This document shows, one piece after another, positions 24,882 through 31,972 of a stretch of DNA of 64,000 nt. Positions within the stretch are counted from its first letter, which is position 1. Every line of letters starts with the position of its first letter. A model generated the notes under the pieces. That model was given only the letters and a program-made list of their open reading frames with translations, made no database searches and was not told the DNA's origin. Made by a program: the position numbers and the translations under genes. The DNA is from Euryarchaeota archaeon RBG_13_57_23 (GTDB lineage Archaea > Thermoplasmatota > Thermoplasmata > UBA10834), in the NCBI GenBank assembly GCA_001800675.1, contig MGVW01000035.1, positions 6,731 through 70,730 on the forward strand. Reading direction: 5' to 3'.

Positions 24882-26192
24882 TTAGTGTTCACCGTGGTCA
24901 GGTCTGACCGGCTCCACGGACGCTTTGCTCGTTGTCGGCTGAGGTTTGCGTGTCTCAGCGACATACACCGCGATGATCCCAGTAGCAATCGCGAGCATGG
25001 CAGTGCATAGTATGATGGGCGCCTCAGGGCTGATGGCTTCGTAGAGGAATCCGAGCATGACGAATCCGACTATGTTTCCTGTCCCCTGAAACATGTGATA
25101 CGCTCCCACGACCCTGCCTCGTTCCTCCTCAAGCATTATGTCCGCAAGCATCGCCCCGACTGCAGGGTTTGATATGGAGCCTCCTATGTCGGAAATCACC
25201 ACAATGAGTACAACCTGCCAGAAATCCGTCACGACAAGGTTGAGGGACAAGCCGAACGCCATGATTATTCCGCCGATGATCATGTTGGGCCGTCGCCCGA
25301 TTTTATCCGCAATCGCGCCGGCCGGGATGGTGCCGAGCATCATGGCGAGCATGCCCACGGAGAGTGCAATGCCGATTTGCGCTGTATCGAGTCCGAGCTC
25401 GTCATCCCAGTAGAGCAGCAGCCCTAGGTTCCACAGACCCTGGACGACGCCCATGACGGTCCCTCTCACGGTCACGGCGTAGAGTGACCTGTTGTGGGAC
25501 GCGTTTCTCTTCCATGATTGGAACATGGAGAACATGCTTGGCTTCTTCTCCGAAAGGACAATCTTCGGCGCACGAATCTGAAGTGTCAAGAGCGCGCAAA
25601 CGAAGGCGAGTATTGCTGCGAAGTAGAACGGGGAATTGAGGCCGAACTCGGAAGCGAGTATGCCCCCTAGGCCTGGACCGCCCATTGCCCCTAGGAGTTC
25701 GGCCGTGCCTTCCGCGCCCATCGCGACCCCTCGTTTGCTCTCCGGGACTATGTCAGCTGTGAGGGCAAAGGCGGCGGGTGTCGCGAGCGCCGCACCTAGT
25801 CCTTCGAGGAATCTGAGCACTGCGAATTGATAGGCATCGGTGATGAACGCCATCAGAAGCGTCGTCAGGGAGAATATCAGCACGCCCGCGACGATCATCT
25901 GCTTTCTGCCGATCTTGTCCGCCCAGTATCCTGCGGGGATCATGAAAATGACCATGGACACGGCGAACAGCGCGTACGCCAAACCCATGAACGACGCGGA
26001 CATATGCAGCCTGTCCTCGGCAAGCCTCGGCATTATTGGCCCTAGGATCCCGAACCCGAGACCTATCACTGCCAGAGATAGCAACAAGATCGTGAAGTCG
26101 CGAGAGATGCGAAGAGGGTTGATCCGGTCTCCCTTTCCCTTCTGGACTTCTGGAGCGGACATGGACTTCCCGGCAGTATCAGCGGCGGTCAT
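24882..26192 (-). CDS. MFS transporter
   Basis: 436 aa with 12 TM helices and the MFS loop motif GYWADKIGRK between TM2 and TM3. Confidence 0.85.
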   Translation of the reverse strand: MTAADTAGKSMSAPEVQKGKGDRINPLRISRDFTILLLSLAVIGLGFGILGPIMPRLAEDRLHMSASFMGLAYALFAVSMVIFMIPAGYWADKIGRKQMIVAGVLIFSLTTLLMAFITDAYQFAVLRFLEGLGAALATPAAFALTADIVPESKRGVAMGAEGTAELLGAMGGPGLGGILASEFGLNSPFYFAAILAFVCALLTLQIRAPKIVLSEKKPSMFSMFQSWKRNASHNRSLYAVTVRGTVMGVVQGLWNLGLLLYWDDELGLDTAQIGIALSVGMLAMMLGTIPAGAIADKIGRRPNMIIGGIIMAFGLSLNLVVTDFWQVVLIVVISDIGGSISNPAVGAMLADIMLEEERGRVVGAYHMFQGTGNIVGFVMLGFLYEAISPEAPIILCTAMLAIATGIIAVYVAETRKPQPTTSKASVEPVRPDHGEH

Positions 26193-26260
26193 TGTGGTTC
26201 TCCTAGATGGTCATTATTGACTAACTCATGGCCACTTTGCAGCCCCCGAGTACAGGAGGC

Positions 26261-26270
26261 AAAAATATAA
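26261..26270 (+). promoter_or_regulatory. TATA-like box upstream of the KaiC-like gene pair
   Basis: AAAAATATAA, about 70 nt upstream of the ATG at 26337. It lies in the divergent intergenic region shared with the MFS gene. Confidence 0.35.
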
Positions 26271-26336
26271 GCCTAACCATGGGGAATCCAGAAGACAAGC
26301 GGTACCACGGTCTCTTCCAGCGCATGGTGGCGAAAG

Positions 26337-27296
26337 ATGATCAAAGAGAAAGTCAAAACCGGAATCCCGGGACTTGACCAGATGCTGGACGGCGGGCTAC
26401 TCCAAGGACGCACATACGTCATCTCGGGGACTTCTGGATCTGGCAAAACTACACTGGCGATGCAGTTCCTTCTCGAGGGCGCCAGGAACGGGGAGAGAGT
26501 ACTCTACATGGCAATCGACGAGCCCCCGAACGAAGTCAAGAGCAACATGAAATCGTTCGATTGGGACATCTCCAGGGTACAGGTTTTCGATGCGACGCCC
26601 GATGTAATGAGCTATGATAAGACACCTGTCAGGGATGTGTCGACTGAGCGAAAGGTCGTCTACTTCCAGAGCATCGGCGAGAACATCAGGAAGACCTCCG
26701 AGAGAAGCCCTGTCGACATGACCGTCAACACAATCCAAGAGCTCCTGAAACAGGAGATGAAGGTCGCGAGGTATACGAGAATCGCAGTGGATTCCCTCAC
26801 ATCGATGAGGTACTTCTACATCAAGACGAGCGAGGAGAACGCGACCTTGATGAGCTTCCTCCGACTGCTCTCCGACATAGGAGTGACATGCCTGGTCACT
26901 ATACAGCTTCCAGAGATATCCAAACCGGACGTTGAAGCGCACGTCGCTAGGGGAGAGATCAGACTGCACAAGTGGTTCGATGGCCGCGGGTTAATGCGCG
27001 GGGTGACCATAGAGAAGTACAGGGGTTCGGCTCACGACAATGAGTTGAGACAGCTGCGGATAGGCCCGCAGGGGATAGTCGTCAAGGCACCGTCACTTGA
27101 GAAACCTGACGGGCAGCCAGCAATCGACGCGGGGCCCGCTGTCGCCGAATCTGCAGCGCCAAGCGAACCTCCTCCGCCTCCGGACGAAGAGCTTCTCCCT
27201 GCCCCGCCAGCTCCTCCGCAACCTTCAAGTCCTCCGGATTCAGGCGGCAGTCTTCAAGAGCCGCCCAAACCTAGCGATGGGGGTGAGGGCACGTGA
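26337..27296 (+). CDS. KaiC-like/RecA-superfamily ATPase (single domain) with a Pro-rich C-terminal tail
   Basis: GIPGLDQMLDGGLLQGRTYVISGTSGSGKTTLAMQFL (Walker A), RIAVDSLTS (Walker B) and RGVTIEKYRGSAHD. The last ~68 aa are Pro/Ala/Ser/Glu-rich. Confidence 0.85.
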   Translation: MIKEKVKTGIPGLDQMLDGGLLQGRTYVISGTSGSGKTTLAMQFLLEGARNGERVLYMAIDEPPNEVKSNMKSFDWDISRVQVFDATPDVMSYDKTPVRDVSTERKVVYFQSIGENIRKTSERSPVDMTVNTIQELLKQEMKVARYTRIAVDSLTSMRYFYIKTSEENATLMSFLRLLSDIGVTCLVTIQLPEISKPDVEAHVARGEIRLHKWFDGRGLMRGVTIEKYRGSAHDNELRQLRIGPQGIVVKAPSLEKPDGQPAIDAGPAVAESAAPSEPPPPPDEELLPAPPAPPQPSSPPDSGGSLQEPPKPSDGGEGT

Positions 27297-28123
27297 GCGA
27301 CGAGCACGGGCCCAGAGTGAGCACGGGCATCCCCGGATTGGACGAAATGCTTCAGGGAGGACTGATCCGGAGCAGGCCTTACGTGGTCTCGGGGACCACG
27401 GGCAGCGGCAAGACGACGCTTGCAATCCAGTATTTGCACAATGGCGTGAAGAACGGCGAACGGTCTCTTCTGGTGGCCATCGACGAACCTCCTGCGGAGA
27501 TCAGGGAGAACATGAGGGCGCTAGGGTGGGATATCGGGAAGATCAGGATCCTAGATGCGCATCCCGCGGCGAGACAGTACAGCAAACGAGTATCGCTTGT
27601 CGAAGTAGCGGCGCAACGGAGCGTGGCCACACTCAGAGAGGCGGGCCCGAGTGAGAAGACCGACCAGCTGAAGAAAGCTGCACCCGATATCTCAATCCAG
27701 TCTCTCCAGCTGATGCTTAAGCAAGAACTTCAGGAAACCAGGTACTCCCGAGTTGTGATTGATTCTCTCACATCCTTGAAGAAGCTGTCCGAGACAATGG
27801 AGGATACCAACTCGAGCGTCATGTCCCTCCTGAGGTTCCTTTCAGAATCGAATGTAACGACCTTGATAGTCACGGATCTGCCGGATCCGACAGTGCTGGA
27901 ACCCGAGATATTCATCTGTAGAGGCGAGATCAGGCTTCACAAGCGCATGGTCGGCAGTAGGCTCGACAGGTGGGTCACCGTTGAGAAGTTCAGGGGCTCA
28001 TCTCACGATATCATGCCAAGGAGCATGACCATAACGGAAAAGGGCATCACGGTCGATCACAAGAAGAAGATACCGAGAGCGTCCTTGAAGGTGCTCCAGG
28101 CCTTCACGCAGTTTGCCAGGTGA
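27293..28123 (+). CDS. KaiC-like/RecA-superfamily ATPase (single domain), paralog of the preceding gene
   Basis: GIPGLDEMLQGGLIRSRPYVVSGTTGSGKTTLAIQYL, RVVIDSLTS and RWVTVEKFRGSSHD. The GTG start overlaps the upstream stop (GTGA). Confidence 0.85.
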   Translation: MSDEHGPRVSTGIPGLDEMLQGGLIRSRPYVVSGTTGSGKTTLAIQYLHNGVKNGERSLLVAIDEPPAEIRENMRALGWDIGKIRILDAHPAARQYSKRVSLVEVAAQRSVATLREAGPSEKTDQLKKAAPDISIQSLQLMLKQELQETRYSRVVIDSLTSLKKLSETMEDTNSSVMSLLRFLSESNVTTLIVTDLPDPTVLEPEIFICRGEIRLHKRMVGSRLDRWVTVEKFRGSSHDIMPRSMTITEKGITVDHKKKIPRASLKVLQAFTQFAR

Positions 28124-28180
28124 CCGCAGGTACTAGCATCAGCTTATTCTACCGAAAAGCCGTTCAGGACCAGAGTTACC

Positions 28181-29251
28181 ATGGTGAGGAAGGAAACGCT
28201 CCCGCTCATCGAAGCATCCGGGAAGCCATATGATTTCGGGAAGGGTGTTGGCAAGAAGTGCGCCTCGAGGGCGGTCACATATCGGAAAAGCATCTCAGAC
28301 TCAATCATGCACTCGACTGGAATGAACTGGAAGGCTGCAGTCGAACAGGCCAAGCTATTCCTGCCCTATGCGGAGGATTTCTATCCCGACTACGTTGAGG
28401 AGATCAGAGGATACGCAGATGGGGCGAGGATGCCATTTGAAGAGGCTTTCGCCCTGACATGCCACGAGCTGTTGTTTCCATCGGGCTTCAAGGGCTGCAC
28501 AGACATCGCGGTCAACATGGACGTGACTGCGGAGGGCAAAGTAATCGCAGCGCATAACGAGGACTGGTCGAGTGACGCGGTTGCGACCGTGGTACTTCTT
28601 CATGGCAAGCCATCGGGGAAGCCCGAGTTCTTCGTCACCTCGTACGCCGGTCTGGTGCCATCCTGCGGCATGAACAGCGCAGGCATAAGCCTCACGGGAA
28701 ACGCGTTGGAACCCAACGACTCAAGGCTGGGGATACCGAAGGTGTTCCCAGTCCGAAAGGTGATGGAGGCCAAACGAATAGGCCAGGCACTGGCCTCCGC
28801 GATGCCTGGAGAACGCGCATCCAGCTACAACAACATCCTCTCCGATAAGAGCGGGGAGATATACTCATTGGAGGGCTCCGCCACGGACTGCGCTTGGCTG
28901 TATGCCGCAGACGGCTATCTGGTGCACACGAACCACTACACCTCCCCGAGGATGCAGAAGTATGAATCGAGCCCAAACGAGATCGCCTGTTCAATCTTCA
29001 GATACAACAGGGCGACGCGACTTATCGAGGACCAACTCGGAAGCGTCACGGTCGAATCGCTGAAGGCTATTCTGAGGGACCACGTGAACAAGCCCTGTTC
29101 GGTCTGCAGGCACGCTGACCCCAACGTACACCCGCTAGATGTCTCTGAGACTATTTTCTCGGTAATCTACGACCTGACCAAGCTGGAGGCGCATGTGCTC
29201 AAGGGCAAGCCCTGCTCCGCGGAGTATGCCAGATTCTCGTTGCGCGGATGA
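28181..29251 (+). CDS. Peptidase C45 / acyl-CoA:6-aminopenicillanic-acid acyltransferase-family Ntn hydrolase
   Basis: 356 aa. The candidate nucleophile context is FKGCTDIAV, followed by AAHNEDW. Confidence 0.7.
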   Translation: MVRKETLPLIEASGKPYDFGKGVGKKCASRAVTYRKSISDSIMHSTGMNWKAAVEQAKLFLPYAEDFYPDYVEEIRGYADGARMPFEEAFALTCHELLFPSGFKGCTDIAVNMDVTAEGKVIAAHNEDWSSDAVATVVLLHGKPSGKPEFFVTSYAGLVPSCGMNSAGISLTGNALEPNDSRLGIPKVFPVRKVMEAKRIGQALASAMPGERASSYNNILSDKSGEIYSLEGSATDCAWLYAADGYLVHTNHYTSPRMQKYESSPNEIACSIFRYNRATRLIEDQLGSVTVESLKAILRDHVNKPCSVCRHADPNVHPLDVSETIFSVIYDLTKLEAHVLKGKPCSAEYARFSLRG

Positions 29252-29272
29252 GCTCGAGAGCCATCAGGGAAA

Positions 29273-29282
29273 GTATTTAATC
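29273..29282 (+). promoter_or_regulatory. TATA-like box upstream of tRNA-Ile
   Basis: GTATTTAATC, about 30-40 nt upstream of the tRNA 5' end. Confidence 0.4.
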
Positions 29283-29312
29283 CACATCGCTGTATTGCGC
29301 AAGAGCCTCAAC

Positions 29313-29387
29313 GGGCCCATAGCTTAGCATGGTTGGAGCACCCGGCTGATAACCGGGAGGTCACCGGTCCGAATCCGGTTGGGCCCA
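29313..29387 (+). tRNA. tRNA-Ile (anticodon GAU)
   Basis: 75 nt. Acceptor GGGCCCA/TGGGCCC with discriminator A. Anticodon arm CCCGG-CTGATAA-CCGGG. T-arm ACCGG-TCCGAAT-CCGGT. Confidence 0.9.
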
Positions 29388-29472
29388 CTCCTTTTCCTCT
29401 CGGTTTCCCAGGGCTTCTTGCCACCTGAGCGCATCGAAAGGTACGATAACAGGAACGACATACACCCTATCC

Positions 29473-29871
29473 ATGGACGAGACTGATCTCAAGATCCTCA
29501 ACCTGCTTCGGCAGAATTCGAGGACGAAGAATACGGAGATAGCCAGACAGGTCAGTCTCACCGAGAGGGCGGTCAGGGCCAGGATTGAGAAGCTCGTTCG
29601 GGAAGGTATTATCAAGCGTTTCACTGTGGAAACCTCTCCAGTTGGTGTGGAAGGCCTCGTACTCATAGGAACGAACGTGGGCAGGACCACCTCCGTCAAG
29701 GAGAAGGCGCGGCAGATGTCGGACAGTGTTTTCGAGTGCACTGGTGAGTACGATGTGGCGGTCAGGCTGCGTGCGGACTCTCTCGACGAGCTGAACAAGA
29801 GGGTCGACGAACTCAGATCGTTCCCGGGCGTGGTTCGAACATCAACCCTCATCAAGCTCGTCGAGGGCTGA
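29473..29871 (+). CDS. Lrp/AsnC-family transcriptional regulator
   Basis: 132 aa with an HTH (DLKILNLLRQNSRTKNTEIARQVSLTERAVRARIEKL) and a C-terminal RAM-like domain. Confidence 0.9.
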   Translation: MDETDLKILNLLRQNSRTKNTEIARQVSLTERAVRARIEKLVREGIIKRFTVETSPVGVEGLVLIGTNVGRTTSVKEKARQMSDSVFECTGEYDVAVRLRADSLDELNKRVDELRSFPGVVRTSTLIKLVEG

Positions 29872-29980
29872 ACCGCTTTTCGCGGAGCCGGACAAGGCGA
29901 GTGCCAGGCGTTCTCAGCAATGAGAAATCATGAGGAAAGGTTAATACTCCCCAGTGGACATACTAATGGTAAGTGACTCC

Positions 29981-30499
29981 ATGGACTTGATGGAGGCCAT
30001 CAAGACTAGGCGGAGCATTCGAAGGTTCAAGGAGATACCTGTACCCGAATCGCTCCTGAAAGACGTACTGAACGCATCGAGGTCGGCCCCCTCGGCAGAC
30101 AACGCCCAACCTTGGAAGTTCGTCATAGTACGGGACGAGCAGACAAAGGTCAAACTAGCCGCCGCGTGCAACGGTCAGAAGTTCATCGCCCAGGCACCCA
30201 TAGTCGTGGTCGCGTGCGGTATACCCGACGAGGCTTTCCAGACCGTTGGCGGGTACATGAGCAGCCACGTGATCGATGTGTCCATAGCAATAGACCATTT
30301 GACCCTCGCGGCTCATGCGCTTGGCCTAGGGACCTGCTGGATAGCATGGTTCAAAGAAGACAAGGTCAGGGAGGTCGTGGGCATACCGGAAGACGTCAGG
30401 GTCGTCGCCCTGACCCCGCTAGGATACCCCGCGGAAACGCCAGAACGCACCCCGAGGAAGAGCCTCGAAGAGCTTGTGGTGTACGACAGATATCAATAA
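29981..30499 (+). CDS. Nitroreductase-family protein
   Basis: MDLMEAIKTRRSIRRF and APSADNAQPWKFVIV. The internal ATG is chosen because a TATA-like AAAGGTTAATA sits about 45 nt upstream. Confidence 0.85.
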   Translation: MDLMEAIKTRRSIRRFKEIPVPESLLKDVLNASRSAPSADNAQPWKFVIVRDEQTKVKLAAACNGQKFIAQAPIVVVACGIPDEAFQTVGGYMSSHVIDVSIAIDHLTLAAHALGLGTCWIAWFKEDKVREVVGIPEDVRVVALTPLGYPAETPERTPRKSLEELVVYDRYQ

Positions 30500-30580
30500 G
30501 TCAACTCAGCTCGCTGACATTCACGGATCCAGCCAATCTCGGAGGCGCGTCCCCCGAGCCCCGGAAAAGGAGAGATGTGA

Positions 30581-31879
30581 TTGGCATCAAAGGGACTGAC
30601 ACGGACAGGAGAAGCGTACTGCCTCTCCTGCCACCAGATGGTCGACAGGGACGCCACCAAATGCCAGGGGTGCCTGTCAGAGCTCACATCGGAGGTAAAG
30701 GCCTTCCCTTGCCCGAAATGTAAAACCGTCATAGCCCTCGGTGTATCCGAGTGTCCGACTTGCGGTCTCCGGTTCAAGGTCAAGACTATCAGACCGCGAG
30801 AAACCGCAGAGGACGATCAGTTCCTGGTCAAATTGATCGAGTGGGGAAGAGACGGGGCTGACAAGGGCACGGAGGAGACGGTCAGCCCGGCAACACCATC
30901 CTCTACTGGGACATCGCAAGCTGAGGTGCCGGTGCAGACTCCGGCGCCCAAGGCGGAGCCATCCGATATCACAAGGCTCGCGCTGCTCAAGGACAGCATC
31001 AAGGACCTCATGGCCAACCGCTCCCAGATGCTGGAACGCATGGAGAGGCGCATCGAAGAAGAGAAAGCCAGGTTGGCCAAGATCGCCGTCATGGACGAGA
31101 GCACTACTGACGCTTCACATGTCGAGGCTGAGATAGTATCACTCGCCGACGAGATGGCCGACATAACGATGCTTCAGGCCCACATGGAGGCGCTCTCAGA
31201 TGAGGTCTCTTCGCTGTTAGATTCAGTGGACATAGGCGATGAGGCGAAGCAGCGGGGCCTCGCAGCGCGCGCCCTCAAGAAGAAGCTCGAGGCCAAGGAG
31301 AAAGAGGTCGAAGAGCTCAGGTCAAAGGAAGAGCAGCTGGTCAAGCGCGAGGAGATGGTTGACCGCAAGATCCACGCCTACGCTCAGAAGAAGAAGGAGC
31401 TGGACGATCGTGAGAGCGAGCTCCAGTCCAAGCTGTCCGAGCTCGAGAACGAGAGGGCCAGACTCCAAAACCTGCACTCGGAGGCGGTCGGCGCCAGCAC
31501 CGAGGTCGAACGGGAACGGGCCAATGAGGAGTGGAAGGAGGAACAGAAAGGATTGAACCAGCGCCTCCTTGGAATGAAGGTGTCAATCACCGCGCACAGG
31601 CTTGGAAAGGACGCGGCAGAGGCGGATATGAGGAGCTTGGAGACCGACCTGGACGCAACGATCGCCAAGCTGGAGGAACAGATCGGGGCTCTGATCAGCG
31701 AGAAGGTAGACCTTCAGGCAAAGATGCAGGAAGCCACGGTCGTCGATGAGGATCTCAAGAAGCTTCTCAAGGTCCTGGACCAGATGCTTGGCCAGTTGCC
31801 CGAGGAGGCCATCGAGAAGTTCTCGAAGTCTGACGATTTCACCGTCTACGAACGCATCCTTGACAAGTTCAAAATCTGA
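30581..31879 (+). CDS. Double zinc-ribbon plus coiled-coil protein
   Basis: 432 aa with a TTG start after AAAAGGAGAG. Two identically spaced ribbons are present: C14xxC17-x10-C28xxC31 and C44xxC47-x10-C58xxC61. An acidic/Pro linker follows, then ~270 aa of heptad-like coil, then a short tail (FTVYERILDKFKI). Confidence 0.7.
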   Translation: MASKGLTRTGEAYCLSCHQMVDRDATKCQGCLSELTSEVKAFPCPKCKTVIALGVSECPTCGLRFKVKTIRPRETAEDDQFLVKLIEWGRDGADKGTEETVSPATPSSTGTSQAEVPVQTPAPKAEPSDITRLALLKDSIKDLMANRSQMLERMERRIEEEKARLAKIAVMDESTTDASHVEAEIVSLADEMADITMLQAHMEALSDEVSSLLDSVDIGDEAKQRGLAARALKKKLEAKEKEVEELRSKEEQLVKREEMVDRKIHAYAQKKKELDDRESELQSKLSELENERARLQNLHSEAVGASTEVERERANEEWKEEQKGLNQRLLGMKVSITAHRLGKDAAEADMRSLETDLDATIAKLEEQIGALISEKVDLQAKMQEATVVDEDLKKLLKVLDQMLGQLPEEAIEKFSKSDDFTVYERILDKFKI

Positions 31880-31898
31880 TGAGCCATTCGATTAAGAC

Positions 31899-31908
31899 CA
31901 TATATTAC
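31899..31908 (+). promoter_or_regulatory. TATA-like box upstream of the giant coiled-coil gene
   Basis: CATATATTAC in the 93-nt gap, about 65 nt upstream of the ATG at 31973. Confidence 0.3.
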
Positions 31909-31972
31909 CAGACTAATACAATACAGAAAACCCCCCCCAAACTTCACCCTTCAGACATGGAGCCCGGCTAGC

